64,000 nucleotides of DNA. Origin: Octopus vulgaris. Taxonomy: Eukaryota. The DNA is taken from the NCBI GenBank assembly GCA_951406725.2, contig OX597817.1, positions 104,284,001 to 104,348,000 on the forward strand, read 5' to 3'. The position numbers and the translations under genes are program-made. The notes under the pieces were generated by a model. The model saw only the letters and a list, made by a program, of their open reading frames with translations, made no database searches and was not told where the DNA came from. Shown here in pieces: positions 22,444 through 38,116 of this stretch. Numbering within the stretch: the first letter of the stretch is position 1; each line of letters starts with the position of its first letter.

Positions 22444-25400
22444 TTTCGAGCAAAATCAGCGTGACACAATGTGACAAGGCTGGATCTATAGATTACAGGT
22501 ACAATCCATTCGGGGGTTTCCATAAATGCAGTTTCACTCACAAGGCTTGGGTCAACCCGAAGGTTGGGTAATAGGCAGTTCAAGATACTACACAGTGGAA
22601 TCGTACCCAAGAACACGTGAGTGTAAGCGAATTTCTTAACCACTTGATGTTGCGTCCATCATAGCAATACAATGTTAACGTACCAGTAATACTAGTAATC
22701 TGTTACTACATTGATAGTGAAATGTCTTATTTGAAGATGGTGAGGAGTTATTTCTAGGGGATCGAACGACTGCTTCATAGCCCCCTCGTTAACAAGAGGT
22801 ATTAACAACGTGGGCAGAATGTGTACGAGACTCTTAGACTGGTGTGAGAGAGTTACAAATCATCAGGCTTTAATACTTGCATCAGAGTAAACTCCTCTAA
22901 ATGCACTCAAGGACCAGGTGCTGGTGTTAAACTGGGTGACAAAATAAGTCTAAGTCTAATACCCAAATAATACACACTTGGATTTGAACTCAGAACGCGA
23001 AAAGTCAAGACAAATACCGCAAGGCATTCCCTCTCAGATCTAATGATCTCGCCAATCCACCGTCCAAAACTGATACTTTATTTATAAATCCCAGAAGGAC
23101 AAAAACGCAAAGTTGGCCTCCGCTAGATTTGAACTCAGAACTCGTGAACCAAAATAAATACCACAAATATTTCGCCCAACACTTTAAAATATAAAAGATA
23201 TGGAAAATTCAGTCAGTGAAACTATAAGTAGACAAAACATGCCCAAGCTTAGACGTGTGGTTAAGAATTTCGATTCGCAGCCATGTAGTTTTGTGTTCCA
23301 TCACACTGTGTGGTGCCCGGAACAAGTACTTTTTTATAGCAGACTGAGATTGACTAATGTTTTGCGAGTGTGATTTAGTAGACGTATAGAAGTGTCTGTG
23401 TGAGTACACTGGTATAGAATGTTAACTTACATCCAAAGCAACAGGTTTAGATAGTAAATAGTGATAACAGTGATCGGAAAAAATATTCAATACTAGACTG
23501 GAATAAGAATATACGCTGATATTAACGAATAAAATCATGCCCATGCATGACCGTACCCCCGATTAAAAGAAATAAAGAAACGTTCAATAAAACTCAAAAA
23601 TCTTCACAAAACATTTTTTTAAATGGCGTACTTTTCACAATATTCTCGAAAGATGGTTCACTTTTTATTTATACATGCATCCAAATAGCGCCACTAGCAA
23701 TACCACTTATATTGTAGAGGACAATAAATTCAAGATCACAATTTTACAATGCTGGCCTCAGACAGTCTTCATTCGCATCTGACTGTTTTTCTTTTTGCTC
23801 TTGCTTTTTTTAATGATGTATGCATCTGAGTATTATTCAGGCTGTATTCTACTGGATTATGTAACATTCTTCTAAACTTGTGGTACTTCATTTCAAAAAG
23901 TGGTTGTTACTAACCAACACTGACGGTATTAATAAATGTGTAACTTAGCGTTTACTTCACTTGATTGTTAGACTTAAATCAAGATCTATTTCAGCACCGT
24001 CAAAAGGCCCATGAAAATTCTTCAGTCAGTGAAATATAGAGGTTAAAGAATTCGTGGGGCGAAATCTATAAAATATTTAAGTGTTTCACAGCTAAACAGC
24101 TTTTGATATTAAGCATATTTCGTTGTCTGCAAACGGATGTCACAGACAGTGATTGTTATTTCAATTTTTATAATATAAATCGATTTTCAAGACACGAAAA
24201 ACCAACCAATAACTGCTGCTAGAGAAAAGAGGAAAGATACAAAAATATCACAAGCATCATCGTGACCACCATCATCACTACTATTCTGTTCAGGCAAGCT
24301 GAACTTCGGCATGTACAAGCTGACGGTTGTGGAAATTTCCTTCTTTGTCACGCCCTCCTTGGCATTCTCTAGCATATGGTGCCCCAGGCGACTGCACAAG
24401 TTGCCGGTACCTTGAGCCGGCCCTGATTCTATTCAGCATTCATATATCTCTGTATGAACCTACTCGGTAGAGATGATTCTAGAATACATACAACTTTAAA
24501 TCAATGTAAAGTCACGATCTGAGAATAAGTCTTCTAAAATTAAATTTGGTCAAAAAACCATTTTTTATATGAGCTGGAAAAAACAAACCTTCTCATGGTA
24601 ACGGTTATTAGAGATATAGATAGAAACAATATGAGAAACATGTGAAAATTGTTGGATAGTCAATGACTGAAGACGAGAGACACCGGATAATGTAGTCCTA
24701 AATATTCTTAAAAAATGAGATGATCATGAATGGAACGCTTTTGATCTTTTACGATTAGAACTGTAGGTAAACAACAGAGGTAACTTCTAAAGTGTATGAA
24801 ATTACCCAACATAACTCACTGAAGCAGTTAACAAAACTAGAAATAAAAATGTCAACGTGCACCGCAGAATCGGATATTTAGACAGATATAGGGGAATTGT
24901 TTTAAAAGTTCTGTGATAATATACATTTCGCTTCAAGCCCTTGAAGGCAAATTCATAACGCTAAAAGATTACCTGAAGACGTTGAATGAAAAAGACTACG
25001 TCAACAAAGCATCATTAACTACAAATCGAGAGTAATTTTGTTAGCTCGCACACTTCAAGTATCTCCCAGGTATTACTGTTATTGTTTAGCTCCAGACTAA
25101 CCTTGTTCGATCAAAAGCATTCCATCCAAAGCTCTCCCATTTTTTAAAGAATATCTAAGCCTACATTATCTAGTGTTCTTACTTCTCCCATGTATTGTTT
25201 CAGACTGGTTTCAGATGTATAGAGACAGACATTGATTGTCAAATATTTGTTACAGTATACCATCATATTGTTTCTTCATAAGCTCATAGTTGTAGTTTCT
25301 TAACCCACTATCGTCAAAAATAACTTGTCTTTAACCACAAACTGTATAACAGAGGACAAAGTAAACAACAGCTCTATAAAAAGAGCATCGTAAATCATTT

Positions 25401-26118
25401 TGATCTAAGATCTGGATTAGAAAAGAGATTTCATCAAATTCAGGAAGTGATATTGGCCAACATCAGATGTGAGATATACATTATCAACGGTGAAACATTT
25501 CCCTAAAACTTCGATAGATCTACTTCATGGTAAGCCACCAAGAAGAGATTTAACAGTTGGATATTGGAAGATGTTGTTCAGTTGTATAATTAAAACAACT
25601 ACTGAAAGCCAAACTGACATACCAAAAGAACGATTTGCTAAATCTTAGCTATGTAATAATTTGTTACAAAGAAATCTTCTCAGGAGTCAGACTGTACATC
25701 CGTATATTTTGGTGGTAAACCCACTATTACAGACGCTCAGTGGTTACAGTCAAAGGCCTACAACAGCTAGAGACAAAATAACCCATACTTTATTTGTTAA
25801 TCTATACAAGAAATATTTACTATGTCAAATAAACTTAAATTAATAGAATTTTTAGCTGATATACGAATTTAGCCAAAAGAAATGCTTATATTTGATAGTT
25901 AAACGCGGAAAAAAACTACTTTTCCACCATATATAAATGGTATTTTAATTTTACCTTGTTTCACACAATAATTGCAACGAATACTATGGTACTGCTGAAT
26001 ATGTATTGTACAAAAGTGTTGAGAAATATAGGATGAAATTTATCATCAGTACTCTTCAGTTACGAGATGATATCATGCAATAATTTTTTTTTTTTTTAAA
26101 TATTAATTCTACCACCAA

Positions 26119-26336
26119 GACGGCGACCTAGCAGAATCGTTAGCATGCCAGACAAAAGGTTTAGCGGCATTTCGTCCGTCTTTACGTTCTGAGTTCAAAT
26201 TCTGCCGAGGTCGGCTTTACCTTTCAGCTTTTCAGGGTCGATAAAATATGTGCCAGTTGAGCACTGGGGTCGATATAATCGACTTATCCCTTCTCCCGAA
26301 ATTACTGGCCTTGTGCCAAAATTTGAAACCAATATT
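26119..26336 (+). mobile_element. SINE family A, near full length
   Basis: A box tagcagaatcgtt, B box gagttcaaattc, conserved core, tail ggccttgtgccaaaatttgaaacc. Confidence 0.85.
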
Positions 26337-27516
26337 AATTCTATTACATTTGTCATACTTCAGAAAATCCGATTCATTGATATTAAAACCCGCAATGCCA
26401 TAACATTAGCAGGAAGCTCTGCATAAATAGTGATGTTGGCAGGTTCTATCTCGGAAGAAAAGTCAGAAGCATTAGCTTAAGACCTGTCAGATAGCTTTTT
26501 AGTGCCGTACTTTATTACTGAAATGAGTAGCTTAGTAGTTAAGTAACTGAGGTCAGGATCGTTAGGTCGTGTGTTCGATTTTTGAACAGGACAGTGCGTT
26601 GTATCCTTGAGTAAAACACTTCATTTCACATTATTGAGTAGACTCAACTGAACATGATTATCAACAGCACCTAAGAGTTAACCCTGCGAAGAACTGATTT
26701 TGCATTCAAGTGGATAAGCTTCGGTCTCATGAACATGTACAGTCCACACATATTTTGTATGACGAAAAGTATACATATACTCAGATGCTCAATAATAGTA
26801 AAGAGAACATTTTATGGGTCGCTAATGAACATACTTTTTAAAAAATATAAAAATTTCCATACCACCCGAAACTACTGGATGCGACGGAAAATGCTGGTTA
26901 TGTCTCGTATCTATGAAAACATTAAATAAGCTGTTCCTGTGCAACATAACGTCGTTGCTAAAACAATATAAAATCACTCCCGTAAGAACTGTCCGTCGGA
27001 CGTCGAATATATTCATATGTTCCAATAGAACGGCAAATGGTGAAGCATCCCAGTCTAAACTTCCCCTCTGTGCAAAGCACAATATTTTGTTTTCTTTTCT
27101 TTTGTAAAGGTAAAAGTAATTTATAATTAGTATTAAAATTAAACATTCTAAAGTGCATATAAAGACATGTTTCAAAATTTATTTTCTCTCTACGTAACTT
27201 TGTAGAGCTTTCAGTTTTTAAACATTTTCTTTTCGTATATATTTTCGTGTTTCACGGTTATAAAAACCTCCTCTCAATTTTCTTTTTCTTTTACTTATTC
27301 GGATAATTACTGTAATGTTTGAAAAGTGTAGCATTTGTAAACTTAAATTTAAGTCTTGTGTATAACTGGCAGAGAGCAGGGAGCTGGGGAATTGAAACGA
27401 AGGCTAAGAAATACTTCAGTCTAGCCTATTCAGCAAGTTTGAAATATATTTCTTGCTGAAGAAACTATCAGTTTCACACAAATTAAATCGCAACATTTCA
27501 AAAACGATAAACAAAG

Positions 27517-28024
<508 letters not shown>

Positions 28025-28699
28025 AGTTGTAGAGGAAGAATAGAACTACAAGGAAAAAACATAAGACACTCCGATAAAGATATTTTTCGCTTTAGTTCAA
28101 AAAACATTGGAAAGAATTAAAATAAATTTTGGGGAACGAACGAATTTATCTGACAAGCAAATATTTCTCATTCTCATAATGTTGTAAATGTTTCTCTTCG
28201 GGTTGAATAATTCAGGAATGCGGTCTATGGTCTAGAATGGTAATAACTAGCGCAACCGCATTGCAATCTAGTAAAATAAGCTACAGAATGAGCACAAACA
28301 TCTCTACATCTCTTTCAAAACATATAAATCACTAGTGAAACTCACGTGATGGTTGTTGCAAAACTACCGAATGAAAATCGCTTGGAAGAGACCTGATATT
28401 CGATCATTGGCATAGGAAGCTCTCATTAACCTGGGTTTTTTTCTTTTTTTTTTTAATCAATGAACGCTAAACTCGATATACCAGACTGGCTGGCAGCACT
28501 CATGTCTGAGTATCACGAGACGTGATAAAAAACAAAACTACAGGTTCGTAACATGCTTAAATCATGTAATATAACTGTATAAAAGTTGCCTGGACATTTT
28601 TCTCCAAGATCACTGCAGAGCAAAAGATGTGTTGACAGATGCTTAGACACAAGAAAAAAATGAATATGGGTTTGATTCTCATCAACAAAACTATCCTTA

Positions 28700-30110
28700 T
28701 GGAAGCAAAGCTGTATCATCGAAGTTTCTTAGCAGTAGGGCTAGATATAAAATGTTTAATTCGGTCTTTCACTCATCGAAACTGGAGGCACAAGTATTAA
28801 AGTTCCAGCTATTATAGTCGACGCCATTTGAAGACTAGCGCCAATATAGGCCACACTAAGAACTGAAGTAACCATTACATAATTAGGGAATATTCTAGAG
28901 TGGCAGCTTGTCTTTGTCTTGGCAACTGAACCCCTCGAAAGCCCTATTGAGGAAACGCCAAGGGCTATATATTAGGATTTGTAGAGGAGTGAAAAAGTAA
29001 TGTTACCTACACCATTTTAGTCGATGGCTTTAAGCTGTATTCACATCAAGAGACAGAATAGGTTACAGCATTTTCAATGAATAAAAAATAGATTTTGCTG
29101 TTCATATCTGAATATCAGTTGATGAAAGATTGTTGACCAGACGAGAGATGTGGATAACAGTGTTCTGATTATTTCCCCTATCTTCAATAACGAATGCTAG
29201 TGTTTCGAAATTGAGAATATTTCATAAGCCGGTGATAAGAGTAAAGCTACTTCAACAGACTTAGGAAGAAGTGATGGTGGTAGAGGCACAAGGTCAGTCC
29301 AAACTGCCTTTGAGTGCCGCATCATATCACTCACCTAGTGAACAGAAAAGAGGGAAACGAGTACCTCTCATCTATATTCAACTATGACAATAATAACATC
29401 TTAAGAGTAGGTAAACAACTCTTGAATGAATAAAACCACTTGAGCGTTAAGCCGTTCCATGTGAAATAATGATAGCTGCACCGACTTACTTAAGCAGAGA
29501 TTTAAGGGAAACACCCATGATGTCAGCAGAAAGTTATGCACAGGTAAACATCCAGCAATAGATACCAATAGAATTGTCAAGAAGAGTGGCCTCTTTTGGA
29601 CTTAAGATATATGCATCACACCCCACGTAGAAGGATATGTCTTTGTTATTCAAAAATAGGAAGCACCTTGCGATAGAAAATGTCGATTTGCCATATTAAT
29701 ATAGAAGATATCCACATCATTAAAATTAGTCCGAAAATGTCTGCAAAGCACAACCTTCCAATGAGATATAACATTAATTCCAAAACTAAATACAATGCTA
29801 TCTGCAGGAAGAATTATCCTAATATGCTTGCACACCAGTGCCAGAATGTATCCACACCTTAAAAAATAACAATTACTTCTAGAATATTCCAATAAAAGCA
29901 TCAACTTTGTATAAATACAACAGACATGATATTGTTCTAAAGGATATGGAACAAAATTCATGCACTGTTATAAAGGTCAGCTGTCCAACGGTTGTGAATT
30001 AATCGTCTAAAGTTGTAGAAAAATGCATCTATACTGAATTAACGTTGCTCGTATCTATTATCATCGGAGCACTGGGGTGTGTAACAATAGATTTGAAAAA
30101 GAAAGCATGA
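28700..30110 (+). mobile_element. Highly degenerate RLE-type non-LTR retrotransposon fragment
   Basis: IEDIHII..PKMSAKHNLPMRYN..YNAICRK, VSCP-like and IIIGALG motifs; similar to 47640-48080; left boundary uncertain. Confidence 0.55.
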
Positions 30111-30589
30111 AAACGCAGACGGGGGTGGGCAAGAAATAATACAGTAACTCGCATTTACCAAATCCAGCTAATTAGTGGTACTGTGATGATTTGTAAAACG
30201 TATCAAAGATTCTCCATTTGCGCTTCCTGAAACGAACATGTGCACATAAGCACGTGTGCATATAACATACGCATACACATATATAAAATAAAAAGTAATC
30301 ACATGCACACACTTGTGTACTAAAGAAACATATACATCTATTACGTGAGTGCAAATATATCTAAACATAGGCCTGTATATATGCACACACTAACTCACTC
30401 ACATATTCACAAACCACTGTAATTATCTTAACTCAAATAAAATAACGACCTTGTCATTTTGTTAGTGATTGGCTTGAATTCTGTGAAGCAGACCCTGAAT
30501 TTAGAAATCTCATATAAAAAAGGCATATATAGAGAGAAGAGTGAGTGAATATGGAGACATATCGAGTCAGTACTTTTTTTTTTTTCGAA

Positions 30590-31080
30590 TATTTTATTCA
30601 TCACTTCTTGCAACCGTCGACTCATTATGTGATATATGCATCACTGCAAGCACTATCCAGTCCATCAAATCCTGATTTACTATATCGTAATACATCAAGA
30701 AAACATCAGCCAACTTCCATTTGTGATGACTAATTCGAAATAGCTTTGATACAGAAGTTGAGTCACTGGTATGCAGCCACCTCGTTGTTATGTAATATTC
30801 TAATACCACCCCTACCACTTCTCGTCAGAGTTTCTTTAGCATACTAATGAATATATTTTATGGTGTATTCTAGTAAGGATCATTCTGTTCCCTGTCACAT
30901 TACATATTTTTAAAGCTCTTCTATTACTTTTCCAAGTCAAACATACTACTCACTCATCCCTTGGTTTAAGGTCTGCTTTCATCTATCTTGATATGTTTAA
31001 TAGTACCAGATTTTCCATCAATAATTCCCTTTGTCAACACTAGTCGAAATAGGCTTCGATTACCTTAAAAATCTCCTCCA
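30590..31080 (-). mobile_element. Possible degenerate LINE 3' fragment
   Basis: Weak motif resemblance and AATAAA at the minus-strand end. Confidence 0.25.
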
Positions 31081-31095
31081 TGCAAATTATATACT

Positions 31096-31126
<31 letters not shown>

Positions 31127-31652
31127 ATCATCATCATCATAATCATCATCATTGTCACTATCGTCGTTGTCGTATGACCATCATGATGACATCCACATTT
31201 CGAACCAGGAAGGCGCCTATACATAATTGCTCGATCTATTTGACACACCAACTGATTCTCCCTCAAATTATACCCCAATTTGTCTTCTAAATAATGTTGG
31301 ACACACTGGATGGTGCAGTCTTAGATACACTGCTTGAATAAAAGATGACATAATCATGAATGAAACACCTCTGACCATAGATCTGCTCCATCATTGCTGA
31401 CCTGGGGCTAATATAATATCCAAATTACAAACCAACGAGGAAGTCTTTCCGTAATCGTCCGATCTACAACAGACAGCAGTCAAATCTCCTTCCAATTTAA
31501 CATTGTTAAAACGAGAGAGACACGTTAAATCTAGCTCCCATAAAAAGATGGAGCAATCATGGCAAGTATGTCTTTAATTATAGATTAGCCAGGTCAGAAC
31601 TGACTTGAGGTTAAATAAATACAACATTCTCCCCAAAAGCAATATCACCAAC

Positions 31653-32391
31653 GACAGCATGGAGAAAGATGAGGTGGAAGTTAATAACTGATTATTCTAA
31701 TTAATTGTCAGTTGCCCAAGCTAATTGGTGAGTGGACATATAAAACAAAGAATAAGAACAGAGTTAAAATTTTAGCTGTTTATTTTATGTACAGAATGTA
31801 CTGTTGGATATTCCCTTCACCATGCGTTGATTGAGTCATTATCATTTCAACACCTTCCGATCGTACCCACTCCTGTCGGTTTCGAGTCGAGCAACATTGA
31901 TGCTGCCAAAAAAATGTCCCGAATTTTTATCCCACACACGGTAGCATACTTTTCTTTCTCCTTGACATCCATGCAGTAACCCTACAAGGTAGTGGTAACC
32001 ACAGCCACCTAACAATTATTTTCACTTAAGGACATGGTCAAATACATAAGATGCATAGAAACGAAAGCAACCGCATTCACACACCTGTTAGGATTTGGTT
32101 AGCGAATTCATATTTCCTTGAGGGCATCTTGTTATGCCCCTTGGAAAAAATTTCCCTATTTTCCTTGCTTCAGTTCACGTAGTAATTGTTGTTTAACACT
32201 AGGTTGTTCCTGGGTGTACAGACCAATAATCAAAGATGTTCCAACTGTCATCATTCCATCTGTTTTCAGACAGCATGGAGAAAGATGAGGAGGAAGTTAA
32301 TAACTGATTATTCTAATTAATTGTCTGTTGCCCAAGCTAATTGGTGAGTGAACATATAAAACAAAGAATAAAGAATAGAGTTAAAATTTTA
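31653..32391 (+). repeat. ~122-bp direct repeat (31653-31774 and 32269-32391)
   Basis: gacagcatggagaaagatgagg...agagttaaaatttta occurs twice with few differences. Confidence 0.9.
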
Positions 32392-33149
32392 TGAAACGTG
32401 TCTTTGCATTTTTTTGCTTTTAAAGAAAACAATGTATGATTTGCGGGAGAACTGGTTACTATGTTTAGCATATTGAACGACTATATGGAGGCTTTTTCAC
32501 TGGCTTGTCAGTACTTAATCTATCGAAGATATGGACCTGCCTCAGATATCCATTTAAACAGGAATTGTTTCGTTCGAGTAGATAACTTTTAAATTAAATT
32601 TGTATTCAAATCAAAACATTGGAGACACTTTCCAAACTATATGTTGAAAAAAAAACTCTTTTAATTTAGATTCCGATCAAATCATCATTTTGTCTTGTAT
32701 TTGTGACTCTATAGATAATGAATTTGAACTTGTGTAAAGTGTATTACGTATTGTGGAGTTAACTATGTCTTTGAAAATCAGCAGAAAATTAGCACATGAA
32801 TGTGCTTAAAATATGAAGAACTCGGGGAAACATGTGGCACGGGGATATGGCAGTGCACAGTGTTTTCAGTGGAGATGGGATGCGATGGATTGCTAGCTGG
32901 ATCTTCGATGTTTTACCAGATTGGTACTTAAGATGGATAGCAGTGCAGTAATTTGCGCACTGGTAAGAATGCTTCATTATTAGGTATGGGAGCGAAAGAC
33001 TTGAGTTGAGAGTGAAAAATATTTGGTTGTCAGAAAAATCCCTACCATGTATTTTAATATTTTCCAAAGTTGTTTGAATTAAAGCGAAAAATATTTTAAT
33101 CGTCGTGTCTTATGTTTTTTTATAACTCTATTCTTCCTCTAAAGCTTTG

Positions 33150-33981
33150 TTCATCGCTTTTAAAGATACCAGGAAGGAAATGCGTTAAAATATCAACAAT
33201 GCACTGTTTTGGATCATTGTAGTGTGCAGTAATTACAGGTAGTGGATACTGCAATAGCAAATTTGAAAGATTTTTTTTTCCACAAGATTTAACAGATTAT
33301 GAAAATTGAGCAATATTTTACTCAATGGAAATTTTTGTGCTTAAGTGATCATGCTGTATCCAGAGCTCGATAAATTTTCTTTAAGGAAGGAAATATTTTT
33401 TTATAGAAATCCTCATAGTGGATCATCTCTTAAGGATCATCGTAAAATATTCGGTGAAATGCAACCAGAAATGTTTCCAAATGTTGAGCGATTGCTCAGG
33501 CTACTTTTAATGTTTCCAACCAGTTCTCGTGAAGCTGAAAGATCTTTTAGTGCTCTGCATAGATTCAAAACTTGGCTGCGATCGACCATGACTCAGCAAA
33601 GGTTGAGTCATATTCTAATATGCCATGTTCATAAAGATGTTTTGAAAAATATTAGTTGTGCAGAAGTTGCTAAATTATATATTGATAGCATATGATGCGA
33701 GATATAATACATTTGGAAGTTCTAAAAGACGAAAAACTTACTTTATATTTTTTTTTATTTAAACGTCTGTTTTATTTTTTGTTTATTTGATATAATAAAT
33801 TCCTTTTAAGCTTTTTTTTTGTATCTGAACTTCATTTGAACATATAAAATTTAATTAGCGTAAAATTTCACTTATGTGATAGGGTCCGGGAAATGCACCA
33901 TAAATAATACTATCATGCTCCTTTAAGAATCAACAAATGTTGATTTGTCGCGCTTACATTTTAAAAGTAAACGAGGCCCCT
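33150..33981 (+). mobile_element. hAT transposon 3' remnant (dimerisation domain ORF 33345-33695)
   Basis: FPNVERLLRLLLMFPTSSREAERSFSALHRFKTWLRSTMTQQRL; ends ...gaggcccctg. Confidence 0.8.
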
Positions 33982-33992
33982 GTATACATAAA

Positions 33993-34166
33993 TACATACA
34001 TACATACATACATACATACATACATACATACATACATGCATACATGCATACATACATACATACATACATACATACATACATACATGCATGCATGCATGCA
34101 TACATACATACATACATACATACATACATACATACATACATACATACATACATACATACATACATA
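33993..34166. repeat. (ATAC)n microsatellite
   Basis: Direct reading. Confidence 0.95.
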
Positions 34167-34167
34167 G

Positions 34168-34325
34168 TTCATTTTTCAGTTTCCATCTACTAAATCACCC
34201 CACAAGGCTTTGGTTGGACCGAGGCTATAGTTGAAGACATTTGCCCAAGGTGTCAGGTAGAGAGACTGAAACCGGAACCATGAGATTGGGGAGAAAGCTT
34301 CTTACCACACAACCACGACTGCGCA
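34168..34325 (-). mobile_element. SINE family B 5' half
   Basis: ttcagtttccatctac..cacaaggctttgg..ttgcccaaggtg..cttaccacaca. Confidence 0.8.
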
Positions 34326-37234
34326 TATTGAAGAGATAACCCTATCATATAGCACATCGCAACAATTGGTTTGCAATGTTGTTTGCAATGATGCGAACAC
34401 AGTAAAAGTAACAAAGATAACAACTTCATCGGCTACAATAATGTCTGCAATGCTTCAATGAAATTTAAAAAAATAAGAAAATGCTTTCACAGCCCTGAAA
34501 AAGAACACATTGAATAAATCATAATTAACAGAACTAATCATGAGAAAAATAAAAAGTATTCATGAATTTATAAAAACAATATTGTGCATATGATATGTTA
34601 GTATTGTAGCTGCAATAACTCAAATATATTAATAAACGAAATTTATAGTCAGAACTTTGATCTTGTTCTTGATCTAAAGATTTATAAAGTCCACGAAAAC
34701 AACATAGCCCAAAAAGAAGTTTCATAGCCAAAAAATTATCGCCCAAAAAGAAGTTTCGTGTCTTTTATTTTTGAGAATAAACATATAGTATGGCCAATTT
34801 GATTCCAACTTCAAATATCGTAACAATACGAAAGAGTGCTCTTTGCTGTTGTCAACTTCAGTTTAAATTTTTTTTTGCATTAATAAGTTATAATTCAAAT
34901 TTATATAAAATGTTAAGTCTAGTGATTTAATTCTGCTTCGTAATTGCTTGTAATATTTTGGACAATGTTTTTACATTCATAACTAAACCTATACAGAATA
35001 AAATGTAGCCATTTAGAAAAATTCTACGGAAATCAATAGTTTTATGAGTAATTTGGTCTATTTCTATTTCATGAATAATTCAGTGTATTTCTAATATTTC
35101 TTATATAACAGTCACATTCCAGTAAATATTCTTTTGTTTATCTCTACAAACACTTGGTGCTTTCTAAAAGTAAAAAGCATAATTTGATGGTTGATTTTAA
35201 CAATACCGGAATATTTCCTGTCAGAGATCTTCTGTCTCTCAATTGTCACTAAATAATGAATTAACATGGGATAAAGGGAACTACAACTAAAGAAAAAATT
35301 AAGTACAACTTAAGTTATAAACATACTGTAAATGTTTGTTAATCTTGTCGAATCGAAGCAACTAAACTAACCAGAAAATAATGTCCCGTCCATTATAACC
35401 GGCAATAATTCCACCCATCTAATAATATATGCTTGCAGTTACCTCGCCTATTAAATATATTGAATGACCTAATGTCAACTAATTATTTAATAGTTACTAT
35501 CCCATTTGGCTTTTGTTGAGAAAAATGTCAGGCCAGCGTGCTAAATAGCAAATCATAAATAAATCTGTCAAAAACCCTAATTATCGTTAGGTACCTCACT
35601 TGTACGCCCTAAAATTAAAAGACAACTTTTAATCACAAATTCTGACTGAAATTTTGACTGTAGACACGAGAAGGACTACATAACTCACTCGATACATAAC
35701 GAATAATTCAAATTCTGGCAAACTACTGGCGTTAATACCATATTGCTCTACAAGGATAAATTATTAAAATCATGGCTATATTTTGTATGATCAGGTCGTA
35801 CGTTATTCTCAAATGCCCGAGACGTGGCATGCCGGAATAAATGACAGTACTGTCATCTTTTCCTGAGCCTCGAAATACCTTATTTCATAATATTATTTAT
35901 GTGTATAAAGTAACAAGCAAGAGGCAGCAGAGCAAATCTAAATTTCTAACGAATCTTACATAACAGTTCTTACGAATAAACATTTTTTTTTATAAATTGA
36001 ATTATTACCAACCATAAATATTTAATTTTATTTATCTATTTATTTTTCTTTTTGCAAACAGCGATATGTCTGCAAACAAACTTCACAATAAAACGCCTAG
36101 GTTCTCTGGAATAAATTATAGATAAGCAATTGCAATAAACTCTGTCGTTGGCTTCATCAATCTGCTTGAAGATAATGTAGCAGCTCGTATTCTGCTCTTG
36201 CTGATTCACTTTAGCTGATGTCTAGAACTAGGAACACATAGCTATTGGAGCTATAATACTGCCAAGTTGCATTGTCACTAAGGACAGTAAATATCGAATT
36301 TTTTTAAATATTTAATAAATGTATATATGGAAATATATTTTCAAGTATCTGTATGTATGTGTCAAATATGTATGTATTTTAATAAGCATAATAAATGAAT
36401 GTCTATAAATCCATTAGAATGCTAGAAATTTGATGATGTAGTTACAGAAATATGAACGAAATTTAATCAACTTAACTGAGAATGTTATTCGACATACATC
36501 TTAATCTTTGAAAATAGAAACACGCATATAATTTCCATCTCCATCAACTATTGTCAGCTTAAATACTTGCGAGCTAATGTTATAATTAAACTAATATATT
36601 TATAAATATTTGAAAGATATTAATCAAGAACTAAATATCCAGTATGCGACAGTGTGGAAGCTAAACTATTTCTGTATCCATATAGAAACAGTATTAAATT
36701 GGTAAATATCCATCATGTTCATAAAAAAGTTACTTCTGTTGTAAAGAAACATATGATTTAGGAACTCCGAAACAACTAGGATCCTTTTGGTAGTCGCTCG
36801 ACTTGTTAGGATCAGCAGCCAAATTTTCATCGAGTTACACCTGGCTGTCTTCGAAAAGAAAAGATTGAGATTCAGTGATGAGGCCCAAGATGCAGCATGC
36901 CTGAAGAAATGACAGTATTGTCATAGCTGAAATAGTCTTTATTATGGAACTGCCCCAGGAGGAATGAGATGAGACTAAACAACAACAACAACTCTGGGGA
37001 AATAGTGATTATTATAATAAAAGTAGTATATTTATCAAAACATAATTACCAGTAAATGAAAATAACTTAATATTTCTGTGAGAAGAAAGAAGAAATTATC
37101 CAACTGCGATTTATTCCATCAACATTTGGTTTGCAACATTTGGTTTACAATCATTCGTTGAATCAGCACCACGCGATAACCAAATACTAATGTATAAAAA
37201 AAAAACAAATATCATATAGATAATACGGACTTAC

Positions 37235-37285
37235 CTTATCCAACTGAATATCTATTGACTTGAGCAATTTTTCATTCTTACTCAT
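37235..37285 (-). CDS. Candidate first coding exon (MSKNEKLLKSIDIQLDK), product unknown
   Basis: ATG with an upstream in-frame stop, 17 open codons, consensus AAG|GTAAGT phase-0 donor in non-repetitive DNA. Confidence 0.35.
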
Positions 37286-38021
37286 TCTTACAAAATCGAA
37301 TGCAAATTATTACGCTGCTTTTACATATTAGATCTTTTGGACAATTTTTAATGTCCATTTAGCCATTTTTCGATATGGTCCTTTTGAATTTGTTATCAGT
37401 TTTTGCTCTTATTTTTCAATCACATATTTTTTTATTGAACGATAACTGGAAGAATGTGTTATAACGGAGAGTCTTAAAAAATAATTCCACTTGATTTTTT
37501 TTACGCACGCGCACACACACTCAAAAACACACATATATACACATATGCATACAAATATGTATATATGTGTTTGTATATATCTATTTGCATATGTATGTAT
37601 GGATGGATGGATAGATGGATTTAGATGTTTACGTATATGTATGAATGTATGTACGTATGTATGTATGTATGTACATAGTATGTATATATTTAGTTATTCA
37701 TATTGTGTATTTAAGCTTCAAATACAACCAACCATCACAAAACCTTTTTTTAAAACAATTCTATTTTTCGACGACAACCATTGTGCAATTTTGTGTATTT
37801 ATTTCACAATACTCAAATATCTCCAGATATGCCTCACTTACGTACCAAAACAGATAAATTTATATTAGCCATTTACTTATATTGTTTGTGTTTTCCTTGT
37901 TTTTCGTACTTTGCCATCATTTCTAGTTAACTTTTTAATACTCTCTATATCCGGTATATTAATGCTAAATTTTAGTGCTTCATTACTCATAATATACCAT
38001 ACAATAAATTAAAATTTTGAC

Positions 38022-38116
<95 letters not shown>

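Noticed and set aside
26119-26210. tRNA genes at SINE heads (also 27517, 21350, 44368, 50444)
   Set aside because: A/B boxes continue into SINE cores; no complete cloverleaf.
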